A stretch of DNA of 64,000 nt from Candidatus Caccovivens faecavium (GTDB lineage Bacteria; Bacillota; Clostridia; Christensenellales; UBA1242), in contig DVLK01000098.1 in the NCBI GenBank assembly GCA_018715545.1, forward strand, positions 9,101 through 73,100, read 5' to 3'. The notes beneath the pieces are model-generated. The model was not told the DNA's origin. It saw nothing but the letters and a program-made list of their open reading frames with translations, and ran no database searches. Positions 36,521-44,534 of this stretch are shown in pieces (the stretch's first letter is position 1; the number at the start of each line of letters is the position of its first letter). Both the position numbers and the translations under genes were made by a program.

Positions 36521-37368
36521 TGCTAGAAAGTGGAATAATTTTAATAAATAAGCCAAAGGGAATTTCATCAAACAAGGTTGTAAATATTGTTAAGGCGACA
36601 CTTCACGCAAAAAAGTGCGGACATCTTGGGACCTTGGACCTTGAAGGGGAAGGGTTACTCCCGATAACAGTAAATAGCGCAACAAAGCTTTTTGATTATT
36701 TTCTAAAAAAAGATAAAACTTATGAAGCTAATTTTGTCTTTGGCTATGAAACTGACACTTTGGACACCTCAGGTACGATAGTAAAAGCTAAGGAGGTAAA
36801 TTTTACCGAAGCAGAACTAGAAGAGGCTGTAAAAGGTATGATAGGAAAATATGAGCAAATGCCACCTATTTATTCCGCCAAAAAAGTAGGAGGAAAAGTA
36901 GCGTATGTTGAAGCGCGAAAAGGGCAGGAGGTGAATTTGTCACCAAAGGAAGTTGAAATAATCTCCTTCAAAATTCTAGGCAAGGTAGGAGAAAATACAT
37001 ATCGTTTTGAAATCTCTTGTTCGAGTGGCACTTATATTCGAAGTATTGCACGCGACCTTGCATACCACCTCGGCACATATGGTAGTATGCAATGCATACT
37101 ACGCACAAGATGTGGAAAGTTCTATCTTAAAAACGCTGTAACTCTGGAAGAATTCAAAAAGGGGAATTTTAAATTAATTTCCACTGATTGCGTTTTTAAC
37201 TATGAAAAATTAGAACTAAGCGATGATGAATTTTTTAGGATTGAAAATGGGCAAACGCTTCAAAAAGAGGTGTTGGATGGAAAGTATAAACTTTATAATT
37301 CTTCCACCTTTTTAGGAATTGGAGAGTGCTATCGTAACAGTCTAAAATTAACGCTAAGGCTATTTTAA
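36520..37368 (+). CDS. truB: tRNA pseudouridine-55 synthase
   Basis: GIILINKPKGISSN, KCGHLGTLDLEGEGLL, and a PUA-like C-terminus. Confidence 0.95.
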   Translation: MLESGIILINKPKGISSNKVVNIVKATLHAKKCGHLGTLDLEGEGLLPITVNSATKLFDYFLKKDKTYEANFVFGYETDTLDTSGTIVKAKEVNFTEAELEEAVKGMIGKYEQMPPIYSAKKVGGKVAYVEARKGQEVNLSPKEVEIISFKILGKVGENTYRFEISCSSGTYIRSIARDLAYHLGTYGSMQCILRTRCGKFYLKNAVTLEEFKKGNFKLISTDCVFNYEKLELSDDEFFRIENGQTLQKEVLDGKYKLYNSSTFLGIGECYRNSLKLTLRLF

Positions 37369-37456
37369 TTTTATGTTAGAATATTAGAAAATTATAAAAA
37401 TGTATCAATTTAAAATTTAATTAAAAGAAGCAAAAATTTAATAATAGGAGATAAAT

Positions 37457-38320
37457 ATGTCTAAAATTTTATTTGGACCTGCGGGCAACAGTCAGTCATT
37501 TTTTGATGAAGGACACTCTACCACTTTGGAAACTCCAAAATGGATTAGTGAGCGTGGGCTTGACCTCTTTGAATATAGCTTTGGTCAAGGCTATCGCATG
37601 AGCACGGAAACAGCGATTAAAATTGGGGAAGAATTTAAAAAATACAACATTGAAATGTCAGTTCATGCTCCATACTTTATCAATTTTGCCAACCCTGACG
37701 AAGAGATGTATGCAAAAAGTGTCGGTTATCTCACAACAGGTATCAAATTCTTAAAAAATTTTGGCGCAAAGAGAATGGTGTTTCATCCTGCTTCCTGCGG
37801 AAAACTATCGCGCGAAGAGGCGGTGAAACTTATGACAGATAGACTAAAAGCCACTATGCCAAAACTTGAAGAGGAACTAGGGGACGAGCTTTATCTCTGT
37901 CCTGAAACGATGGGAAAAACTATGCAGATTGGCACTTATAAGGAGATAATTGACCTTTGCACTATTTCTCCGCGTCTTCTTCCTACTTTTGATTTTGGAC
38001 ATATAAATGCTCTGACGCAAGGCACTTTAAAATCGGCAGATGATTATAAACGCATTTTTGATTATGCTTTTGAAAAGTTAGGAGATAGAACAAAAATAGC
38101 ACACATTCACTTTTCAAAGATACAATATGGAGCTAAGGGTGAAATCAGGCATTTGACTTTTGAAGATGATATTTATGGACCTAAATTTGAAGATTTGGTC
38201 AATGTTTTAATTGATTATGACCTTTCTTGTCATGTAATTTGTGAGTCATCTGGCACAATGGCAGAAGATAGCAAAACGATGAAAGATATTTATCTTAAAA
38301 CGCTTGCAAATCATAAATAG
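37457..38320 (+). CDS. AP-endonuclease family 2 (endonuclease IV-like) TIM-barrel protein
   Basis: The Nfo-like motif series is VHAPYFINFAN, FHPAS, PETMGK, FDFGHINA, HIHFS and ICES. Confidence 0.6.
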   Translation: MSKILFGPAGNSQSFFDEGHSTTLETPKWISERGLDLFEYSFGQGYRMSTETAIKIGEEFKKYNIEMSVHAPYFINFANPDEEMYAKSVGYLTTGIKFLKNFGAKRMVFHPASCGKLSREEAVKLMTDRLKATMPKLEEELGDELYLCPETMGKTMQIGTYKEIIDLCTISPRLLPTFDFGHINALTQGTLKSADDYKRIFDYAFEKLGDRTKIAHIHFSKIQYGAKGEIRHLTFEDDIYGPKFEDLVNVLIDYDLSCHVICESSGTMAEDSKTMKDIYLKTLANHK

Positions 38321-38343
38321 GTATGTTATAATAAATAAAGTTG

Positions 38344-38372
38344 TTGGTGTCACAAAACACCGATTTAAATTT
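38344..38372 (+). terminator. Intrinsic terminator after the nfo-like gene
   Basis: Stem TTGGTGT / ACACCGA with one U-G pair and loop CACAAA, followed by TTTAAATTTT. Confidence 0.5.
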
Positions 38373-38453
38373 TATCAAAGTATTTGGCATAGATATTATA
38401 ATTTGTCAATTTGTACTAGATGAAATAAAAATTTATAGATAGGAGAAAAAAAT

Positions 38454-39014
38454 ATGGTATCAGCAGGAGATTTTAGAAAAGGAACAACTTTCGAAATGGA
38501 CGGAGCAGTTTACAGCGTCGTTGACTTTTTACATGTAAAGCCAGGGAAAGGCTCTCCATTTGTTAGAGCAAAGATTAAAAATGTTATGACAGGGCAAGTT
38601 AGAGAAGATACATTTAACCCTAGTGATAAATTCCAAGAGGCAGTGATTGAAAAGAAAGATATGCTTTATCTTTATAACGATGGCGATTTATACTACTTCA
38701 TGGACAACGAAACATTTGAGCAAATGCCACTCAACAAGGATGTAGTTGCAGATGTTCTAAATTTCGTTACAGAAAACATGAACACTACCATGTATATGTA
38801 TAAGGGCGTGCCTTTCGCAGTTTATCCACCAACATTTGTAGAACTTGAAGTGGTTGACACAGAGCCTGGTATTCAAGGCGATACTTCAAAGGCTTCAAAA
38901 AAGCCAGCTAAACTCATTACAGGTTATACTATCAATGTTCCACTTTTTGTCAATATCGGCGACATCATAAGAGTGGACACGCGTGACGGCTCATACATGG
39001 AAAAAGTTAAGTAA
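38454..39014 (+). CDS. efp: Elongation factor P
   Basis: [37 protein letters not shown]. Confidence 0.97.
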   Translation: MVSAGDFRKGTTFEMDGAVYSVVDFLHVKPGKGSPFVRAKIKNVMTGQVREDTFNPSDKFQEAVIEKKDMLYLYNDGDLYYFMDNETFEQMPLNKDVVADVLNFVTENMNTTMYMYKGVPFAVYPPTFVELEVVDTEPGIQGDTSKASKKPAKLITGYTINVPLFVNIGDIIRVDTRDGSYMEKVK

Positions 39015-39219
39015 TTTTTTTGTTTAACTTTAACCTTTATACTTTTGAATTAATGTATAAAAACAATTTAATTTATGATAAAGATTAATCATTTAAGATT
39101 AGTCTTTTTTGTATTATCTTAAAATTTACTTGATTTATTTTTATATTTATTTTATACTTATCTAGTATATTGTGTGCTAATATTCGGCATGCAAAGATTT
39201 GATTTAATAGAGGGATGAT

Positions 39220-41643
39220 ATGTTAGATAAAAAATACAACATTCAAGAAAAAGAAGCAAAGTGGCAAAAATATTGGCAGGAAAATGGAATATATAAATTT
39301 GACCCAAAATCTAATAAGCCTACCTTTTCCATTGACACACCTCCACCAACTGTCAGCGGTAAGCTTCATATCGGACACATTTCTGGCTTCACACAGGCAG
39401 ATATGATTGCTCGTTATCATCGTATGCAAGGGAAAAATCTTTTTTACCCTCTTGGATTTGACAATAATGGGCTTCCAACAGAACTACTAGTAGAGAAAGA
39501 GAAAAAAATCCGTGCTCATACATTGCCACGCGAAGAATTTACTGAAATTGCACTTGAACTAGTTTCTAAATATAACCAATCATATCGTGATATGATGGTA
39601 AAAGCTGGTATGTCTTGCGATTTAGATTTAGGTTATAACACGATTGACAAGAAAAGTCAAAAGACAAGCCAAAAGTCTTTTATCGAACTTGCAAAGAAAG
39701 GGATTGCATACCGCGCAAATAAGCCTTCGCCTTGGTGTTGTAAGTGTAGGACAAGTGTAGCAGAATTAGAGCTTGACGATAAAGAACTTGATAGTATATT
39801 TAACTATTTGAACTTCAAATTGGCGGATGGCTCAGGAACTATTCCTATCGCCACAACGCGTCCTGAGTTTTTGCCAGCATGCGTAGCTATCTTTGTTAAT
39901 CCAGAGGATGAAAGATATGCAAAGCTTATCGGTAAAAAAGTTAAAGTGCCACTTTTTGAAGAAAACGAAGTGACTGTGCTTGCAGATAGCAAGGTTGGAA
40001 TTGACAAAGGAACAGGCATAGTTATGTGTTGCACTTTCGGTGACCAAACTGATGTTGAGTGGTGGAGAGAATACAAACTCCCGCTTAAACAAGCGATCGA
40101 CGAGGGTGGCAGAATGACAGAAATTGCGGGCAAATATGCCGGCATGAAGGTGCTTGAAGCGAGAAAAGCAGTTATTGAAGATTTGAAGGCGGAGGGGTAT
40201 ATATATAAACAAGAGCCTATAAAGCACTCAGTTAAAGTTCACGAGAGATGCGAAGAACCTATCGAATTTCTCTCTAAAAAGCAGTGGTTTATTAAAACTT
40301 CCACGCCGGAACTCAAAAAGAAATGGGCAGAGCTTGGCGAGGAACTCATTTGGCATCCAGAGAGTATGAAAGTGAGATATATGACTTGGGTGAATAACTT
40401 AAATCAAGATTGGTCAATCTCGCGTCAACGCTATTTCGGCGTGCCATTTCCTGTGTGGTATTGTGCTGATTGTGGCGAGCCTATATTTGCTGATGAAAAA
40501 GATTTACCAGTTAATCCTCTAACAGATAAGCCAAAGGATGCAGTTTGCCATAAGTGTGGCTCATCAAACTTCATTCCAGAAAGCGATGTTATGGACACTT
40601 GGGCAACATCTTCTGTTACTCCACAAATTAATTGTAATTGGGCAGATGATGAAGAGGGTTGCAAGAAGCGTATGCCAATGGATATGCGCTTTTGCGGGCG
40701 CGATATTATCACAACTTGGAGTCTTAGAACGATAATTAAGGCGTATTATCACCAAAACTGCCTGCCTTGGAAGATGCTTATAGTTAACGGTTGGGTTATG
40801 GCAGATAAAGGTATAAAAATTAGCAAACACCTATCAAATTCAAAAATGGACTTGCAGGAAATTCTTTCCACTTATGGGGCAGATGTCGTTAGATATTGGT
40901 GCGCAATCGGAGCATATGGCAGAGATGTTATGTTCAGTGATGACGGACTAAAAGACGGCTACAAGCTTTTAAATAAGCTTTGGAATGCATCAAAATTTGT
41001 GCTTTCATTCTTAGAGTATTATACTCCAAATAAACCTAAGACAATTTTGCCAATGGATAGGTATATCATGCATAAGTTTAATGATGCCTATAAAAAGACT
41101 TGTGCACAATATGATAATGTCGAAATGGGATATGCTAAGGCAGAAATTGAAAAGTTCTTTTGGAATTTCTGCGATAACTACATTGAGCTTGCTAAAAATC
41201 GTCTATATAAGCCAGAAGTATATGGAGAGGACACAAAAGCTTCTGCGCAGTGGGCTTGCTATAATGTGCTTTTAGGCATGCTAAAACTTTTCGCTATAAC
41301 AATGCCTCATATAACGGAAGAAATTTATCAAGATTATTTCAGGAAATTTGAAAACGAAAAGAGTATTCATCTTTGCGTATTAAAGCCAATTGAAATTGAA
41401 AATGAAGATAACATTATTGAAAATGGTGATGAAGTATTAGATATTGTTTCAAGGGTAAGACAGTTCAAAAGCGAAAATAAGCTCAGTCTTAAAACGGAAA
41501 TTGAAAATATGACCATTCAAAGCGAAAAAATTTCGTTCATCAAAGAGTGTGAGGACGACATCAAGGCGGTTACCTCAGTGCGTGAGCTTAAATATAAGGA
41601 TGGAGATTTTGCAGTTACAATTGGCAAAGTGATAGAAGATTAA
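39220..41643 (+). CDS. valS: Valyl-tRNA synthetase (short form without the C-terminal coiled coil)
   Basis: PPPTVSGKLHIGH (HIGH motif), ATTRPEFLPACVAIFVNPEDERY, and KISKHLSNS (KMSKS-like). Confidence 0.85.
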   Translation: MLDKKYNIQEKEAKWQKYWQENGIYKFDPKSNKPTFSIDTPPPTVSGKLHIGHISGFTQADMIARYHRMQGKNLFYPLGFDNNGLPTELLVEKEKKIRAHTLPREEFTEIALELVSKYNQSYRDMMVKAGMSCDLDLGYNTIDKKSQKTSQKSFIELAKKGIAYRANKPSPWCCKCRTSVAELELDDKELDSIFNYLNFKLADGSGTIPIATTRPEFLPACVAIFVNPEDERYAKLIGKKVKVPLFEENEVTVLADSKVGIDKGTGIVMCCTFGDQTDVEWWREYKLPLKQAIDEGGRMTEIAGKYAGMKVLEARKAVIEDLKAEGYIYKQEPIKHSVKVHERCEEPIEFLSKKQWFIKTSTPELKKKWAELGEELIWHPESMKVRYMTWVNNLNQDWSISRQRYFGVPFPVWYCADCGEPIFADEKDLPVNPLTDKPKDAVCHKCGSSNFIPESDVMDTWATSSVTPQINCNWADDEEGCKKRMPMDMRFCGRDIITTWSLRTIIKAYYHQNCLPWKMLIVNGWVMADKGIKISKHLSNSKMDLQEILSTYGADVVRYWCAIGAYGRDVMFSDDGLKDGYKLLNKLWNASKFVLSFLEYYTPNKPKTILPMDRYIMHKFNDAYKKTCAQYDNVEMGYAKAEIEKFFWNFCDNYIELAKNRLYKPEVYGEDTKASAQWACYNVLLGMLKLFAITMPHITEEIYQDYFRKFENEKSIHLCVLKPIEIENEDNIIENGDEVLDIVSRVRQFKSENKLSLKTEIENMTIQSEKISFIKECEDDIKAVTSVRELKYKDGDFAVTIGKVIED

Positions 41644-41695
41644 TCTTCAATAATCATTTTAATAATTCTTTTTGCAAGCAAATTTTGAACATTAA

Positions 41696-41726
41696 AACGC
41701 TTTGACTTTGGTCAGAGTGTTTTTTA
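41696..41726 (+). terminator. Intrinsic terminator after valS
   Basis: Stem AACGCTTTGAC / GTCAGAGTGTT with wobble pairs and loop TTTG, followed by TTTTTT. Confidence 0.7.
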
Positions 41727-41819
41727 ATGGTTATAATTTAGATTATATGTATATTTTTCTTAAATTCAAGCACAATATTACTAACAAGGAAACATCCTTG
41801 GGAAAACGGGAGGTAAACT

Positions 41820-41966
41820 ATGTTCGGAAAGAAAAAAGCGTCCAGAAAGAACGCTAATTCAGAAGCATCCAGCGAGAGTGCTTCAAGAGCAAAGAGCTGT
41901 GAGGCAGGAAAAGAAGCTAAATCTAGCAAAAACTGCAAAAGTTCTAGTGCGAAAAACTGCAAATAG
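41820..41966 (+). CDS. Unlisted 48-aa basic Ser/Lys/Ala-rich peptide with three Cys
   Basis: ATG lies 7 nt after GGGAGG. The translation is MFGKKKASRKNANSEASSESASRAKSCEAGKEAKSSKNCKSSSAKNCK. It ends 15 nt before a strong terminator. The ORF-track entry 41738..41962 is antisense to it. Confidence 0.55.
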   Translation: MFGKKKASRKNANSEASSESASRAKSCEAGKEAKSSKNCKSSSAKNCK

Positions 41967-41980
41967 TTGTTTCTCGTAGA

Positions 41981-42007
41981 AAAAACGCTTTTAAAAAGCG
42001 TTTTTTT
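41981..42007. terminator. Bidirectional terminator shared by the small ORF and the convergent rluA-family gene
   Basis: Palindrome AAAAACGCTTTTAAAAAGCGTTTTTTT. Confidence 0.85.
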
Positions 42008-42009
42008 AT

Positions 42010-42981
42010 TTATCTTAATTTTTTTAACACATTTTTAAAGTCTTTTGGATGTGGAACGCTAAAAACAAAGTCCTTGTTTAGTTCGTTATTATGAAATTTC
42101 ATAGTTTTTAGGTGCAAGTAGCTATGAGAATATAGGTCATTAGCGCCATACAGTTTATCGCCAATCAGCGGATGATCTATTGAGGAGGCGTGTAGGCGTA
42201 TTTGGTGGGTGCGTCCTTTAAATATTTCTGCCTTGACCAAAGTTAAAGAATAATCTCGCTTAGCGCTTAAACCGTTCCTTTTTTCACTCAAAGCTATTTT
42301 ATTTAAGACGGCACGAAAGTTCTTTAATAATTTGCATCTAAAATTTAAGTACTTCATATCTTTTAAATGCTTAATAGGTGTAAAGGTCGTCTTTGCATAT
42401 TGACCAAAGGGAGAAATGATGCGTTTTCTATTGTTTATGCCGTTTTCAATGATAGTATAGATAGGCGCTTCAACAACTGTTTTTCTTGTTATATCTCCAT
42501 GACAAATGGCATGATATTCCTTTTCAATATTGACTGTGTTTTGATAGGTGATCGTGTCCTTTGCAACAAGAATAATTCCAGAGGCGTCTTTATCTAATCT
42601 ATTCATTATTCTAAGCGTAAATTCGCTGTCATTGATATATGCACAAATCATACCAGCAAGATTATTGTGATAGTGACTCTTTGATGGTGTCGTTGGAAGA
42701 AGCGATGGCTTATTGATAACAAGATAGTAATCATCTTCATAGATGATGTCGAGTGGAGCATAGATTTTTTCAATTTCAGTGCCTTTAAAAGGATTTCTAT
42801 CAATTTTAAGAATGTCGCCAAATTTAAGAGGATGACTTATATTTTCTGGCTTGCCATTTATCATGATTGCGCCAAAATATGAGCGCAAATTTTTTATAAA
42901 ATGCTCACTGAAATTCTTTTGTTTTAAACATATATAAACGCTTTCGTAACTTTTTTCTATTTTTATCTCTAAGTATTTCAT
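42010..42981 (-). CDS. RluA-family (RluD-like) pseudouridine synthase with an internal ~35-aa basic insertion
   Basis: MNRLDKDASGIILVAKD and KGRTHQIRLH motifs, with an N-terminal S4-like segment. Confidence 0.85.
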   Translation of the reverse strand: MKYLEIKIEKSYESVYICLKQKNFSEHFIKNLRSYFGAIMINGKPENISHPLKFGDILKIDRNPFKGTEIEKIYAPLDIIYEDDYYLVINKPSLLPTTPSKSHYHNNLAGMICAYINDSEFTLRIMNRLDKDASGIILVAKDTITYQNTVNIEKEYHAICHGDITRKTVVEAPIYTIIENGINNRKRIISPFGQYAKTTFTPIKHLKDMKYLNFRCKLLKNFRAVLNKIALSEKRNGLSAKRDYSLTLVKAEIFKGRTHQIRLHASSIDHPLIGDKLYGANDLYSHSYLHLKTMKFHNNELNKDFVFSVPHPKDFKNVLKKLR

Positions 42982-42989
42982 ATCAGCTT

Positions 42990-43017
42990 ATTTTAACATT
43001 TTTTACGCATATATCAA
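42990..43017 (-). promoter_or_regulatory. Promoter positioned for a (near-)leaderless rluA-family transcript
   Basis: On the minus strand: TTGATA, 16 nt spacer, TGtTAAAAT, 8 nt, ATG. No SD sequence. Confidence 0.55.
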
Positions 43018-43036
43018 AATAAATAAGGCAATTTAC

Positions 43037-43065
43037 TTGACAAAATTTTATCGTTATTTTATACT
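43037..43065 (+). promoter_or_regulatory. Promoter of the pheST T-box leader
   Basis: TTGACA (43037-43042), 17 nt spacer, TATACT (43060-43065). Confidence 0.7.
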
Positions 43066-43071
43066 ATCAAT

Positions 43072-43308
43072 GTAAAAACGATGATGAAAGACTAGTAGGC
43101 TTGTGGTTTTTCTTACAGAGAGTCCTTTTTGCTGAGATAGGGCAGAAAAAGCAGGTTGAATTCACTTTCTAGTTGCACCTTGAAAGATTTTCGAGTAGGG
43201 GTTGTCGCGTGGGCAGGCGTAATTGTCATAATGAGGTGCTTATATAAGCATGAAATTAGGTGGTAACACGATTAATAATCGTCCTAATATTTTTAGGGCG
43301 ATTTTTTA
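43072..43308 (+). promoter_or_regulatory. T-box riboswitch leader, Phe specifier (UUC)
   Basis: Stem I GA-motif CGATGATGAAAGACTAGTA and AGAGA box (CAGAGAG). Specifier context GAA-TTC-A with TTC at 43161-43163. T-box sequence AAATTAGGTGGTAACACG (43253-43270). Terminator AATCGTCCTAA / TTAGGGCGATT (43277-43303) plus a T-run. Confidence 0.9.
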
Positions 43309-43361
43309 ATGCAAGAACAACATGATATAACACGAGTGTTTTCTTATGAGGAGAGGGGAGT

Positions 43362-44381
43362 ATGAAAGAAAAACTTGAACAGATTTTAAAAGATGCACAA
43401 TGCGAAATTGAAAAGTGTGACGATGTTAAAACGCTTGATGAAGTTAGGGTTAAATTTTTAGGCAAGCAAGGGGAGTTAACTTCAATTTTACGAAATATGA
43501 AAGAAGTGCCACCAGAAGAGCGAAAAACTGTTGGTATGCTTGCTAATGGTGTTAGGGAGAAGCTTGAAGCTGCGATAAGTAAGAAAAGCGAAAAGCTTGA
43601 AGAAGAAGCTCTTTTAAAGGCTATGGAGAAGGAGAAGATTGATATCACCATGCCAAGCAAAGGAGTGAAAAGAGGCGCGCTTCACCCGCTCACTAGGTTC
43701 AATAATAAGTTTATGGATATTTGTGTTGAAATGGGCTTTACCGTTATCCAAGGCCCTGAGATTGACACAGATTACTATAACTTTGAAGCACTAAATGTGC
43801 CAAAAAATCACCCAGCACGCGATATGCAAGATTCTCTATACATTACAGACAATATTCTTTTAAGAACACAAACCTCAAATATGCAAGTACATGCCATGGA
43901 AGAATTAAAGCCTCCATTTAAGATTGTTTGCCCAGGAAGAGTATATAGAAACGATGATGATAGTTCTCATTCGCCAATATTTAACCAATTTGAAGCACTT
44001 GTTGTCGATGAAAATGTTGGATTAAAAGACTTGATGAAGATGATTGATGTCATATTAAAGAAACTATTTGGCGAAAATGTGAAGATGAGAGTTCGCCCTG
44101 CATATTTCCCATTTACCGAGCCTTCCATCGAAATTGATGCCACTTGTCAGATGTGCCAAGGCAAGGGTTGTTCTCTTTGCAAAGGTACAGGTTTTTCTGA
44201 GGTATTTGGCGCAGGCGTGGTCAATCCAAAAGTGTTAGAGATGTCGGGAATAGACAGCAAAAAATATAGCGGTTTTGCGTTTGGTCCTGGAATTGATAGA
44301 AGCGTGATGGTGACCAATAAAATTCCTAACATCAAATATCTGTTTAGAAATGATATGCGTTTCTTAAAGCAAATGCGCTAA
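43362..44381 (+). CDS. pheS: Phenylalanyl-tRNA synthetase alpha subunit
   Basis: HPLTRF, NHPARDMQDSLY and FRNDDDSSHSPIFNQFE, plus class II motif 3. Confidence 0.97.
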   Translation: MKEKLEQILKDAQCEIEKCDDVKTLDEVRVKFLGKQGELTSILRNMKEVPPEERKTVGMLANGVREKLEAAISKKSEKLEEEALLKAMEKEKIDITMPSKGVKRGALHPLTRFNNKFMDICVEMGFTVIQGPEIDTDYYNFEALNVPKNHPARDMQDSLYITDNILLRTQTSNMQVHAMEELKPPFKIVCPGRVYRNDDDSSHSPIFNQFEALVVDENVGLKDLMKMIDVILKKLFGENVKMRVRPAYFPFTEPSIEIDATCQMCQGKGCSLCKGTGFSEVFGAGVVNPKVLEMSGIDSKKYSGFAFGPGIDRSVMVTNKIPNIKYLFRNDMRFLKQMR

Positions 44382-44383
44382 AT

Positions 44384-44418
44384 GGTGTAGTGTTATGCTT
44401 GCATAATACACTATATAT
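44384..44418. repeat. Copy 2 of the small palindromic post-stop element
   Basis: GGTGTAGTGTTATGC-tt-GCATAATACACTATATAT starts 3 nt after the pheS stop, and its arms are largely complementary. Confidence 0.45.
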
Positions 44419-44534
44419 TGATTTATTGTATATTTTGATATTTGCTGATTGGCGTTTAATGTTGATTGTTATATCGCCAATTAAAAAATTTAAAATTAAG
44501 TAGAAAAACTTTTAAATGGTTTAAGGAGAAAGTT

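Noticed and set aside
41738-41962. 74-aa minus-strand ORF from the ORF track
   Set aside because: It has no RBS and would start inside the terminator. The + strand small ORF has a strong RBS and sensible boundaries.
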